Shown here in pieces: positions 1 to 13,454 of a stretch of 64,000 bases of DNA (position 1 is the first letter of the stretch; each line of letters opens with the position of its first letter). The notes beneath the pieces were generated by a model, which was given only the letters and a program-made list of their open reading frames with translations, made no database searches and was not told the DNA's origin. The stretch comes from Octopus sinensis (Eukaryota). Location: assembly GCF_006345805.1 (NCBI RefSeq), contig NC_042997.1, positions 30,628,001-30,692,000 on the forward strand, written 5' to 3'. The translations under genes were made by a program, and so were the position numbers.

Positions 1-242
1 TGGACATTGGTAATGTTTATGGGGTGTTGTGATGACCAATGACAAAGCAGAAAATAATAACCAATTAGCAAAACAACGAACAGACGCGAGACTGCACCTA
101 TACTAACGAATATAAATATAGAACCAGGGTGAGTTGTAACAGTTCTTGCTGAAGATCACAGTGGTGTGAAATTTGAGTCGCCAAATGAACATCTACTACA
201 TGTACTGAGCACTCTCCTTTCATTAGTTCAATTTATTCAACA

Positions 243-630
243 CTAGCAGTATCGCCCAGCGTTGCTCGGGTTTGTAATGGAAATAACTATATAAGTATTT
301 TTAGAGAGTTATAGCCAAAAAATAGCAAAAAAATGCATTAAAAATGGAAAAAAAAAATGATGGTAAATTTTTTTTAAATCGTTGACTCATCGTAGACATT
401 TTTAGAGAGTTACTTCCCTTATATAATAGCGAAAAAATGCATTAAAAAGGAAAAAAATGATGGTAAATTTTTTTTTAAATCGTAGACGCGCACTAATACC
501 CAGAAGGGCTCGATATGAATCACGACTATAAGATACCCGGTTTTGGTTAAACTGCACCGCAAAATGTGGGAGTAGTTAGGAATCTAAATCGTAGGAGACA
601 GACACACAACTTCACTTTTATATATAAAGA
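243..630 (-). mobile_element. Non-autonomous Helitron
   Basis: Minus strand starts A|TC(TTTATATATAAAAG) and ends with hairpin CCCGAGC-AAC-GCTGGG then CTAG|T; internal tandem duplication about 298-483. Confidence 0.75.
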
Positions 631-840
631 TTTGCATGCATGTGTGTGTGTGTGTGCGTAGACCTGATTATACTGGTGCTTTTGACCTTCAAATTGAACA
701 ACTGTACAACAGTGAAGGAAATTTTACAGCCCATCCAACAGGCTTGCAGCCAATTTTCAGTTTACCTGACTTCACTCATGAGATCTGACTTTATCCAAGA
801 CTAAGATGGAAAAAAAAAACTTCTGCAGTGGAACTGAACC

Positions 841-1251
841 GGTTTGCTTGGCATCACTTTGTTTCCAACAATTCGGTGCGACACCAGTGCAAAATCGTCT
901 CTCTCCGACAAGTCATCTTAACGAGACGTCTGCGTTGGCTAGGTCATGCCCTCCGTCGTCAACCAGAATTCATCTACGAAGCAATTGCCCCAGCTCCCCT
1001 TCAGGGTTGGCGAAATCGATGTGGTGGACAACGAAAAATCTGGCTGATGACAGTCAAGGCTGATCTGGAACCCAACCTAGGCTCCCATACCTTCGGCGTT
1101 CGCCGCTGGAATAAGGAGTGGTTGGAGATCACGCGGTCGTTAGCCTCAAATCGCCAGGTCAGGTCGGCGTTTGTAAGAGATGCAGCATTGAGGATGAATG
1201 AAGCCGGTTCAACCCACCCCGGGTGAATGCTGTCTCAAGACAAGACAAGAA
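841..1251 (+). mobile_element. RTE-clade LINE 3' fragment nested in a decayed SINE
   Basis: RRLRWLGHALRR C-terminal motif; (CAAGA)n tail; 10-bp TSD GAACTGAACC at 831-840 and 1252-1261. Confidence 0.82.
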
Positions 1252-1313
1252 GAACTGAACCTGGAATGAACCACTTGGAAATATACATTCATACACATAT
1301 ATTCTAATACATG

Positions 1314-1605
1314 GAGGCGCAATGGCCCAGTGGTTAGGGCAGCACACTCGCGGTCGTAGGATCGCGGTTTCGATTCCCAGACCGGGCGTTGTGAGTGTTT
1401 ATTGAGTGAAAACACCTAAAAGCTCCACGAGGCTCCGGCAGGGGGTGGTGATCCCTGCTGTACTCTTTCACCACTCTTTCTCTCTTCTGTTGGCCTGCTC
1501 GCTTAGCCAGCGGGGTGGCGTCATTCGAAGGCTAAAAAACAATGCGAAGCGCATTGTGACCAGCGATGTGTAACTACATCTGATGGACTGGTCGGTCCCG
1601 TGATA
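1314..1605 (+). mobile_element. tRNA-derived SINE family C, tail type 1
   Basis: A box TGGCCCAGTGG, B box GGTTTCGATTCC. Confidence 0.82.
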
Positions 1606-1616
1606 TTCTAATACAC

Positions 1617-1618
1617 AA

Positions 1619-1696
<78 letters not shown>

Positions 1697-1697
1697 G
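1617..1697. repeat. (AC)n-(AGAC)n compound microsatellite
   Basis: Direct reading; similar arrays at about 4110 (TA), 7187 (TACA), 9400 (TA), 10200 (TG), 11010 (TA), 11220 (TA) and 11820 (TA). Confidence 0.95.
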
Positions 1698-4105
1698 ATA
1701 GAAAAGATGAAGACAAGGCAAGTAAGTACTGGCAAAGTTTGCATTCCGTCTCTTGTTTTGGTTTTTATTACAGCTATTTACAGACATTTTCACAGATTTT
1801 TAATATTTTACAGTGATTCTCTTCAATGTGAAAGATTGAAGTAAATAAAGAAAGGAAAAAAAAAAAATCTATACAAATCTGAAAGCAAAGAAAAACAAAA
1901 TCCACCTAATTACACAAAATTGGGGGCAAAAAGTATTGGTAATGACCTGTTAAATTTTTATAATATAACCACCTTCTTGGAGGGGATCATGATAGGTCAT
2001 AAATGTTCTGTTTTATTTTATTTGTGTTTGCTTTTGGTGTGTTTTTTTTTTTTTTTTTAAGGTCTTTTATAACAACCAATATAGGTCATTAGAAGAACTT
2101 GGTTGGATAGTAGATGTTGATAACAGTCTTTTCTTCAGTTGTCAATAAAGCCCCATGAATGGGATAGCAGTTCAGTAGTCTGCTAATTGCAGCCTGGATG
2201 GGTCATAAATTTTCAGTAGGTTTAATATACACTCTCATCAGGTTGGGTCACAGAAGTTAATAACGACTCTATTAGTAATAGACTCTTTTTGGGGTTGTTC
2301 ATGGTAACAATAGCTTTTGTACAGTTTTTTGAAAGAATCAGGTTAGGTTGTTGCTGTTGCTCTGAAGTTTGTTAATAAGCCATTTGGTTGAAACAAAGAG
2401 CTTCAAAGAACGATACAGCTATGTTTGGTCACAAATCTTGAAAACAATCAATTTGATTGTTCATATAGTTATGCATGGTTGGATCTCAATAATAAAAATA
2501 ATGATAATCACATCAACGTTTTTATAAGAGATTGTAAATGTTCGAATCACTGGATGTTTTGGAGAAAGTTGGCAAAAGGTTCATCAACAGAAACTGTATC
2601 CATTAGTGCAGGGGTTCCCAAGCAAACAGGCCTTGGACCAGTGCTTAGGCCATGGATCATAAGGTACCGAGCTTCACAGAAATAGATTTTAAAATTTAAT
2701 TTCTATTTTATTGACTATTGCAGTCTTCAGAGTGATTTTGTATTGCATATGTATTATTTGTCATATATATATATATAAGTATGTATTATATATAAGTAAA
2801 TAATATATCTATGCACTTTTTTGTTGTGATCCCTCCAGTCTGTTGTTGAAAAATAGACTTGCAAGTAACCAGTCCATGGTTCAAGAAAAGGTTGGGCACT
2901 GCTGTGCTAGTGGATAAAATTACATAATAAGGATCAATAACACAAAAACTCATGAATGATAGAGGCTCCTCACAAGTGGTAAGCAGTCTGAATTTTGTGT
3001 TTTACTTCAAAAGAAAGAAAGGAACAAAAAAAAAAGGCTAATAAAGTTCTGTCAATGACTCTGATATTTCAAAAGAGATAACTGTTTCCCTAAATAGATG
3101 CAAGGCCACACATTAGAAAATGAGAGGAAAAAAAGAACAGGGTGAGAGAGGTAGAACCATGATGTGTGGTCTTGAGAAAGACCACTACAGACAGTAACAT
3201 CAATTGGTTCAAACCAGAAATTGAATTTCAGACAAGCCAACAACTTAGACACACACAGCCACACACACAGCCAGCCACACACACATAGCCACATGCACAC
3301 ACACAAACATATGCATGAAATTAAGTGAACAATTTTGATAAAATCACAGAGAAAGCATAAATTTGCAAATGTGTGCAGAAAATTACAACACAAGAAAAAA
3401 ATTCATAATGCATATTACCATATATACAAATATTCTCATCAATTTTATGCAAAACAAAAATCACAGCAACACACACATATATATGTACATGCATATATAC
3501 ACAAACACACTCACATGTGTAACCATTTGTGCACATGTACCCACAAATAAAATTTGCTTTTAACAAATTTTAATGGCTGTTTTAATGCAAACCTCTTCTC
3601 TCCGTTTAGAGAAAACAAGTTAACATATTTAAAATTGAAAAAATTTTAGGTCCAAATTTTGATAATTGAAGGCAATCAGCAAGTAATAAAAAAAAAACTT
3701 GTTAATTGGAAATTTGGTGATTAAAATCGGGTGGAGGGAAAAATATGAGCATTCACATATATACACACAATTAAAAACATGTAATCATACATAAGATACA
3801 TAAACAAAAGGATGCATATATATGTATGCACACACATGCCTACATGTGTGTGCATAAAAATGCAAACATACATTACATACACGTGTATGCATATTGATGT
3901 TTTTCCCTTTCTCATCTTTTACTGGTTCTAATTATTGGACTGCAGCCATGACAGGGCACCACCTTCAATTGATTATAGCAATCCCAGAACTTATTTCAGG
4001 CTGCTTATTTCATCATTGTATGTTTTACTGACTGACTAAATTACCATCTTGACTAAACACTAATTTTCTTTAACTGGCAGTGTTGTGCAAAAAACACAAA
4101 CGTGC

Positions 4106-4148
<43 letters not shown>

Positions 4149-4513
4149 TATATGAGCTTCATGAATGAAGTGCTCAAATGCATTACAGCAGATATATATA
4201 TAGATATCACCATTTTATACCCACTTGCCATACTGACATGGGTTGGATGGTTTGACAGGATCACACTTAATGGTAGATGCCATCATGCACTACTGTCTCA
4301 ATGTTTAGTTTTGACCATGCTTCTATGGTTGCATGCCCTTCCAAATGCCAACCACTTGTTACTGTATACCGGGAGGGTTATTTTGTTTAGTTGTTTTTGT
4401 TTTTTTTTAATTGTTATACCAGTTGTCAGGTTAAAGAACTCCCAGAGAGGGAGAACAAGGAAAAAAGTGGCAGCTTTAAATGAGGGGCTGAACAGTTAAA
4501 CTATGATATATAT

Positions 4514-5815
4514 ATACTCTTTTACGTGTTTACTGGAGCACCACCTTTAGTTGAGCAAATCGACCCCAGGACTTATTCTTAATAAGCCTAGTACTTATTC
4601 TATCGGTCTCTTTTGCTGAACCGCTAAGTTACGGGGACGTAAACACACCAGCATCGGTTGTCAAGTGATGTTGGGGGAACAAACACAGACAGAAACATAT
4701 ACACACACACATACATATATATACAATGGACTTCTTTCAGTTTCCGTCTACCAAATCTACTCATAAGGCTTTGGTCAGCCCGAGTCTGTAGTAGAAGACA
4801 CTTGCCCAAGGTGCAAACCCGGAACTATGTGGTTCGTAAGCAAACTACTTACCACACAGCCACTCCTACGCTATATATATATATATACATATATATATAT
4901 GTGTGTGTGTGTGTGTTACATACACACAGAGGGAGGGAGAGAGAGAGAGAGAGAGTACACATATATACATTTATACAAACCACACATATGCAATGACATC
5001 CATGTCTGCATATTGTGCATGCATTTACACAAAGTTTACTCTTGTCAATATACAAATAAGGCTAAGACCCAGCTCTTTCACCACTGGTGAGAAATCTGAA
5101 AAATAAAACCGGGAATACATATTCAAATACACACAAACATTCACACATATATACATACACACACAAGCATTTGCACATATATGCAAACACACACACATGT
5201 ATATACACACACACTTCCACACAAACTTGCCTGCATACCTACACATACACATGAGAAGCTTCTCAATATTTTGTTGACCAGCTTCCATTCCTAAGTGAAA
5301 CCAGGGTTACAGTAAAAGACACTTATACAATATACTGCAAAATGAGAATAAACCTAGAGCCATGTGGTTGGGAAATATACTTTTTAACTACAGACAGACA
5401 CACACACTTACATACTCATACATACACATACTCTTTTACTTGTTTCAGTCATTTGACTGCGGTCATGCTGGAGCACCGCCTTTAATCGAGCAACTCGACC
5501 TAGGGACTTATTCTTTTGTAAGCCCAGTATTTATTCTATCGGTCTCTTTTGCCGAACCGCTAAGTAACGGGGACATAAACACACCAGCATCGGTTGTCAA
5601 GCAATGCTAGGGGGACAAACACAGACACACACATATATATATATACATATATACGACGGGCTTCTTTCAGTTTCCATCTACCAAATCCACTCACAAGGCA
5701 TTGGTCGGCCCGAGGCTATAGTAGAAGACACTTGCCCAAGGTGCCACGCAGTGGGACTGAACCCGGAACCATGTGGTTGGTAAACAAGCTACTTACCACA
5801 CAGCCACTCCTGTGC
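4514..5815 (-). mobile_element. tRNA-derived SINE family A, two copies (4514-4871, 5429-5815)
   Basis: A box TGGCTGTGTGG, B box GGTTCAGTCCC, central (TA/TG)n, (AAAGAGT)n tail. Confidence 0.85.
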
Positions 5816-6677
5816 CATGAGTATTTTCAGAGTAAAATTTGTTTGACAAGTGACTTAATCTGAGACTGTGGTGAAATTGGAAGAACTGCTCAGTGAAAGA
5901 GTCATTTTAGCCAACTATGAAGACACAAAAACTCTTCCAGTTAACTTGCATTAATTCTTGGAATTATTGACTACGAAGGCAGCAAACTGACAGGATTGTT
6001 ACTGCATCAGACAAAATGCTTTGTGACATTGCTTCCAGTGCTTAAACACTTGTTTTCTGTCTTTTTATCACCTGGCACAAAAACCACTTGTTTTCTGTCT
6101 TTTTAACACCTGGCACAAAAACCACCTCTCTCAATAATGCACCCTAAATCTATCAAGGAGTCTTGTCTTGTAAAGTTCATGGTAACTTCAATAGTGCTAC
6201 TGCCACAAAAAAGCACCCTTATACTATGTTAAGTGGTTGGCATTAGGAAGGGCATCCAGCCATAGAAACCTTGCCAAAATAGACACTTTAGCCCAATGCA
6301 GACTCCTGGCTCATCAGATCCTATCAAACCATTGAACCCATGCTAGCATGAAATATGGACATTAGATGATGATGATGATGATGATTACAATGATGCTTTT
6401 AGCTCAGGCACCAGTGTAGTTGCCATAAAAAAAAACACTAGGTATTTTACTTTTCAGATACTAATAGACCCTTCCTCTAATTGGATCATAAGGCTCTTTC
6501 AACTTTTGATAGCAACAAACATTAGTTTTATGTAATAACACTTCTTCTCAGTGTTAAACACACTTGGATCAGCATTTAACAATGGCTTCTCTGGTGCTGT
6601 TCACTTTCTAAGTTGAAACATTAAATGTGACAAGAATATCTAGTACTTAGGTGATACATAAGACAGATGACAATACT

Positions 6678-6915
6678 TATTTCTTTACTACCTACAGGGG
6701 GCTAAAAAACACAGAGGGGGACAAACAAGGACAGACACACGGATTAAGTTGATTACATCGACCCCAGTGCATAACTGGTACTTATTTAATCAACCTCGAA
6801 AGGATGAAAGGCAAAGTCGACCTCAGTGGAATTTGAACTCAGAACGTAACGGCAGACGAAATACCGCTAAGCATTTCGCCCGGCGTACTAACAATTCTGC
6901 CAGCTCACCGCCTTA
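6678..6915 (-). mobile_element. SINE family B (GGCGAGCTGGCAGAA... head)
   Basis: B-box-like GAGTTCAAATTC; 15-bp TSD ACAGATGACAATACT at 6663-6677 and 6916-6930. Confidence 0.85.
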
Positions 6916-7228
6916 ACAGATGACAATACTACTTAGCAAATGAGGAACCAGAAGTCACAAAATGGTTAAAAGATTAAATGATTCAGGTGCAAAAAGTAGC
7001 ATCAGAACTAATTTATACCTACAAGCTTACAGGCATAGCTGTGTGACTTAAGTTCACTTTGGAATTCTAAGGTGAGGGGTTCAGCACTTTTGTTGGGACA
7101 CTGTCAGCAGGTGACCTCTCCTACAACCCTAGCTAACTAATACCTTGTGTGTGAAATTTGACAGACAGAAACTGGAACAAGCATGTCATACATACATACA
7201 TACATACATACATACATACATACATACA

Positions 7229-7264
<36 letters not shown>

Positions 7265-10197
7265 TATAACGTGATTGACCAGACTATTGTATGTTGTTAC
7301 ACATTGCTGGTCATAATATGCATTCCATCATTTTGGCTTTCAAACAATGCCACCCAGCTGGTTAAGCAAGCAGACCAACATTCCCTTGATCAGAAGGCTA
7401 TTCCATCATAGAGTGACCCATTTACAGCTGACTGAACTGGAGCAACCTAAAATGAAGCACCCCACAATCTAGCAATCAGAAGTGCAACACCCTAACCACT
7501 AGTCTATGCACATTCACATGTATGAGTGTTTGTGTCTTCATGTGTGTTTGTATGAGTGACTAAGCACAGATTTCCATTCATCTTGACATGTGTGGACTGA
7601 CTGTAAACAAAAAATTCACCATTCATACAATGTCATTGTTTGCAGTCCACTGTGAAAGCATGTCTGGGCTTTTTGACCTTATTGCACTGATTGTAAATAA
7701 AGCATATCACCACTCATACAAATTGCTGTTTATTTGTAGTCTTCCATGACAGGTTGTCCAGGCTGTTAGTTTTTTTAATAGATTGGGGATTACCTTGCAT
7801 GGAAACAGCAAAAATGTAGGCATCAGAAAGGACATCCAGTCATTGAAAAAACTGCCTCAAAGAAGCCATGTCTCACGCATGCAAGCATGGGAAAATAGAC
7901 ATTAGAACAATGATGGTGCTCAATGATGCAGGACTTGGACATAGCACATTTTTTCCACATTCCTCTTACTTGCACACTACATATCATGCAAACTGCAAAT
8001 ACAAGACATCTACCAAAAACTTGACAATCTCCAAATGTTTTTCCCACTTTCTTTGATTTAATCCCAGGATCTGAAAAAGCAGAAGGAACATTACATTAAA
8101 TGTCTCTTTATGTTTAAGCTGCCATGTTGGCCTTTAAAATAGCCAAACAAAAAGGTTCCTGTCAAAATTATACTGTGAGCTGTATGATGAAGCCTGAGGT
8201 GTTGCCATGGTTGCTTGTATGCTCCAAAACACTAAAGACTCAGTTTTTGTACAAGGAATTCCAGACTCAACCAAAAGGTTCAGGTAATGCATAGTTCAAT
8301 TCCTGGCTTTCTTTTTTTGGCTCTAATCTTTTAACTTTATGGTAATAATAATAAAAGAGCATATTAATTGAATCACCAATTTCCATTTATAAATGCAAAA
8401 ATAAAATTTAGACCAAATAAAAAACACAAGCATAAGATAGTTTAAAAGACAAAAAAAATCTACATATTCATCTATATAAAAAATGCTATCCTCTAGTCAT
8501 GTGTTCAATGTGTGTTTGAAGAGATGACATCTTTCAAATGTATAGAGATATTACAAAGACCTTTATATTTTTTTTGATTTAAAAAAATAAAAGTACAGAG
8601 CAATCCGAGAGACCCCTCTGGCTCTCTATTTCTTACCAGTAACTGCCAATCTCAAACCCACTCGCATAAATAAACCTTGCGATGAACACAATATAATAAC
8701 CTTAAATTAGAAAGAAAATCAACCCTAAAGCCAAAAGATACAGAGTTTGGCTTAAAGCCCAAATTTTAAATGCCTAATTGCCCTACAGGACAAAAGTATA
8801 GCGGTATAAACATTAAACATTGCAGTTTATCTTGTGTGCAAGTGTTCAATACGTTTTTGCTGTTTAGCATTTCATATTTTACATTTCATGTTTAACTCAA
8901 GTCAACTTTTATTGATTAAAATTTACTACCAAAAGCATTCCAACTATTGCAATCCTATTTTTTTCTTCTTTTTCCCCCACCAAGTGTATCTAGGAGTACA
9001 ATATCCAATGTATCCTCCAGATTGTTTAACACCGGTAAGGGGATTTGATTTGTGGGTTATTTGACAGTTGCTTCTAGCAAACTGGGTGACTCTATTCAAC
9101 GGCTCGTTGGATTCATCGAGAAAGTGTATAATAATATACGAATCTCTTTCTCTCTCACACACACACACACACACACAGCAATACAAGGAAACACACACAC
9201 ACACACAGCAATACAAGGAAACACACACACACACACACACATGAAATGATTATGTTTAGGTGTTTTTAGCAACTCAATGAACTTGTTTTCTGTCCTTTTA
9301 TTTGAAAGAGAAGAGAGATGAAATGCACAGACAAACCGGGATGGGAAATTGGACTGGACAAAGGAATTGTAGGCACACAGTTATATGTAATATGAGAAAG
9401 GATATATATATACATATATATATATTATATATATATATACATATATATATACATATATATATACATATATTATATATATATATATATATGCTGAAAGCAA
9501 ATTGCATGTGCACATAATCACAAATGTGATTAAATGTACGCATTCATGTGTATGTGTGTGGGTGTGTGTGTGTGTGATTATGTGTAGTAGTAGTAGTAAT
9601 AGTAGTAGTAGATTCTCTCATATGTAATAAATTTAGCTGAACAACTGCTCAACTAAGATTATCCAAGCAATTAGTAAATAAAAACTATGGTTAGCATTTC
9701 ACTTCTGAAAAACAAGCAAGGGAGATAATTTCAATACCAAGTGATAGGAATTTTTAGACAATATAGACGAAGCAATATTGGAGAGAATCTGATCTAACTG
9801 ATTAAAGCAAGACATGTTTCTGTCTTATTAGACTTCCTCAATGGAGCATATTTTACTTGGGTGACAAGACAACAGAAGTGATCAATATACACAAAGATAA
9901 ATAAAAGGAATGTAGTAATGCTGATTATGAATATCAACAATCTGACTGGGGGAAGAATTCAGGAAATCATTCTGCAGACTTTAAGACCAAATTTCCAGTA
10001 TGATAGTCTCTCACACGAGCAATTAGAGTTGAAAATGTTTAATTACCAGATTTTGTTGTACTTATCTCCCTTTCGTATTATTTTCACATTTTTTTAAACA
10101 TCTGAGGGAGTTTTTTTTCTCTAATTGCTTGAATGATCATAGCAGATCAAAGCTTTTTAAAAATGCATTTATATTCAGTATGCTGCCAAAGGGAATT

Positions 10198-10260
<63 letters not shown>

Positions 10261-10504
10261 GCGTGTGTAAAGAGGAAGAGAGAGAGGGGGGAGGGAGGGA
10301 AAGAGCTAGAAGCACACACACATGCAGACATATACATACACACACTACATGCACTAGACAAATGTAAATGCTGTTGATCTCAACACTAGTACAATAAAGT
10401 ACTGCTCAAGGCTTTCATGACCAACACCATACATACAAGAGACCGTTATTGTTGACTTCAGAGAGTGGGGAAAATGAGGTGCAACATTTATTATTTTCGC
10501 ACAC

Positions 10505-10537
<33 letters not shown>

Positions 10538-11007
10538 TTTGCATCTTTTAATCCTTCACAAGCCATCATACTTTAGCTGTATGCTGGAGGTTTGCCTTCA
10601 ATTGCACAGTCAATCACATCAACCACAGTTCTCGTAGACTGGTTCACTTTATCAGCCTTGGAGGGGAGAAAGGTAATTCGATCTGGGCAGGATTTAGACA
10701 CAGAGCATAAAGGAATATAGATAGCCAATCGTTTCATTGAATCTGCTAATGCGCCACTCCTTTAAAAAAATAACATAGAATGCTTCGTTTGCATGTCATC
10801 CCTGGTGTCATCCCGGGTGCCAGTCTAATCTTCTTTGCATCATTCCAATGTATACATATATATATGGTATGAAAGTGTGTTAGCTGTATATAGAGTTTAA
10901 GGTTCTCTTCTTGCAGAAAAGCATAATTTTCTTAACAATAGTGTTTGACATACAGATAAATAATTTATACAGCCTTACTATATTGATTCTCCGAGCAGAA
11001 CCAAGAT

Positions 11008-11062
<55 letters not shown>

Positions 11063-11810
11063 ATGTATATCAAAAACAAAAAAAAAATAGAACTGTGGCT
11101 GGGTAGGGAAATTTGGATTAAATGGAAAGAGAATGTAGCTCAAGTTTTTTTATATTCTTTTTTTTTAATTTTGTGTATTTCATTTTCTTATTTAAACAAA
11201 AAAATTTTTTACATATATAATATATATATATATATTATACATATATATATATATATATATATAATATATATATATTCCTTTTTCATTTTCAGTCTTTAAT
11301 ATATGAACATTTTTTTTTTTTTTAAATAGTATAGTGTTATAAGTTCTGCTAAGACAGTGTATTGTTATCACCTTCTGCATCATCATCATCTTCATCACAG
11401 GCAAAAAATAGTTAAACATTATTTTAAATTAAACACCAGTTTGATAACTTTTTTTTTTTCTTTTGTCCATGTCCATCATTTGTTTAACTTAAGTTATATT
11501 TCAGTTATCATCATCATCATTTACGTATGATCATTGTCCAACTTGGAATTCTATGGGAATTTTCATGTTCTTTTTTGCTTTTCATTTGCTGTTTGTTTTT
11601 GAATCTTCGCATCAAGGAAGGTTTGTTAATGTGTAAGTTCAGGAAACAGTGAGACCTCGTTCAAAACGAACAAGGGTCAAATCCAACCAACAGACACCTC
11701 ACTGAAAAGGTGTTCTTTATTTTCTTTCTTTTTTTTTTTAATATCTCTTTGTATATTTTAATTTCTTTTTTTATTCTTTTTCCCCCATTGTTCATTTCTT
11801 TTGTGCTCTT

Positions 11811-11851
<41 letters not shown>

Positions 11852-11986
11852 TTTTTTTTTTTATTATTTCGTGTTTCTGTTACTTCCTTCTTAAAGTCGT
11901 TTCTTCACATTTAAACAGTTGTTTTTACCTTACCTTGTTCTTCTGTCTCGAAACACTCTCACACCCACAGACACCCAGGGTTTCGC

Positions 11987-12260
11987 TCACACTTGTCGCT
12001 GCTGCTGCTGCTGCTGCTGTAAGCCGGCAGCCTCTGGGTGAATCTGCAAGAGTGGGCCACCAGGCATAGCAAGATCAGCTGGCATGTCTCCCAGGTCATG
12101 CATGGCTGGTTGTGCTGCTGCTGCTTCGCCTTCAACAAGTGGCTGCTGACCTTGCTGCTGGTTTGGTAAATATGTCATGCTTGATGGTGAAGCCCCACTA
12201 CTGGTAGTGGTGAAGTTCTTCTTTGGTTCATAATTCACTAGGCGTTGCCCAACCAAATAT
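11987..12260 (-). CDS. MARCHF6: MARCHF6 terminal exon: (K)YLVGQRLVNYEPKKNF...QQQQQQQRQV*
   Basis: ctttcag acceptor at 12261-12262; TGA at 11987-11989; conserved YLVGQRLVNYE followed by a Q/A-rich tail. Confidence 0.93.
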
Positions 12261-12314
12261 CTGAAAGTTAATGTAATAAACAATGGTTAAAGAAACAAGA
12301 CTAAAACCGATTTG

Positions 12315-12824
12315 TTCCAAAAGAATACCCTCCATCAGGCATTTGCCATATCCTGAACGCCTTACTTCTCTGAGCATGGACACATTGAAACTCCGTCATC
12401 AGGCAGCTGACTTGGCAGACACCCATAAAATTATCAACCATCGACAAACAATAACTCTGAGCACCTTTTCAAACTCCACCCATCTAACACCCGTGGACAT
12501 ATTTACAAAGTCAGAAAACAGCACAGCTCCTGTGACTTCAGGAAACATTTTTTCACGCTGAGAGTTGCTGAAGCATGGAACAAACTGCCGGCATCAGTTG
12601 TTAGTTGTCGGAGCACTGCATCCTTCAAAACTTCCATGCTTTCTGAGATTCGCCAACACTACATCCGATTTTCTCCCCTCCATACACACACAGGCATGTA
12701 TCTGACTCGTACATTGTTCGCTTTCCAGACATTTCTACATTACTGCATGTACTTTATATGCACTTTCTGACATGTTGTGGTGCACCTGAGCACTGTATAC
12801 AATAATTTCATTATTACATTATTA
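12315..12824 (+). mobile_element. CR1-like LINE 3' fragment, frameshifted
   Basis: RIPSIRHLPYPERL..LKLR, then TRGH and FFTLRVAEAWNKLP in another frame; (ATTA)-like tail. Confidence 0.8.
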
Positions 12825-13032
12825 AAAAAAATTAAGGAAGGGTGTTGGAATGGCTGTTTTCGCTTCTTGTAATCCTCTCGCATCTTTGAGCATTTAAATC
12901 TTACCACACACGCACCTGCATGCACACATAAAATCACCTACATGCATACATACATATATATGCACCTGCATGTACACAAACACAGACATCAGTATAGACA
13001 TGCATGCACTTGCAAAGATACAAGTGCATATA

Positions 13033-13276
13033 CATCTACAACGATTTCATCTCAATCGAAGGAGAGGGGCTTTCTCCGTCCTGGTTGCGGATCCGTGGAA
13101 TAAGTTGCCGGACGAGATAGTGAAGATGCCGACGACTGCTCGGTTCAAAGTCTCTCTTGACCAGAAATGGCCTGAACTCTTTGCATGAACACCCTCCCTG
13201 TACATAACTCCATGTCCCCCTACATGGCCTTGCTTTTTGCTTTTTGAGCCAATAAAAATTAAATTAAATTAAATTT
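13033..13276 (+). mobile_element. CR1-like LINE 3' fragment
   Basis: LQRFHLNRRRGAFSVLVADPWNKLP; (AAATT)n tail; same family as 38672-39194. Confidence 0.82.
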
Positions 13277-13454
13277 TAAAAATTAAAAAAATTTGCATAG
13301 AAGCATACACCTGCATGCACACACAAACACACGTCAGCATACACACAAGCATATATGCACCTTCATACATACAAGTATATATGTACCTGCATACATAGAC
13401 ATACATGCACACAAAAATGCAGCATCATGCAAATGTGCACTTGCTTACAGATAT

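Noticed and set aside
1314-1385. tRNA-like sequences (also at 27120, 43232 and 48260-48334)
   Set aside because: They are SINE heads continuing into repeat bodies; no complete cloverleaf, so not called tRNA genes
2041-2620. Minus-strand segment ending in an A-run, a possible retrocopy or decayed retroelement
   Set aside because: Multiple stops in the frames read and no recognisable motif
10880-11986. MARCHF6 3' UTR end and poly(A) site
   Set aside because: Several AATAAA-like hexamers occur in AT-rich sequence; the true site cannot be chosen without transcripts
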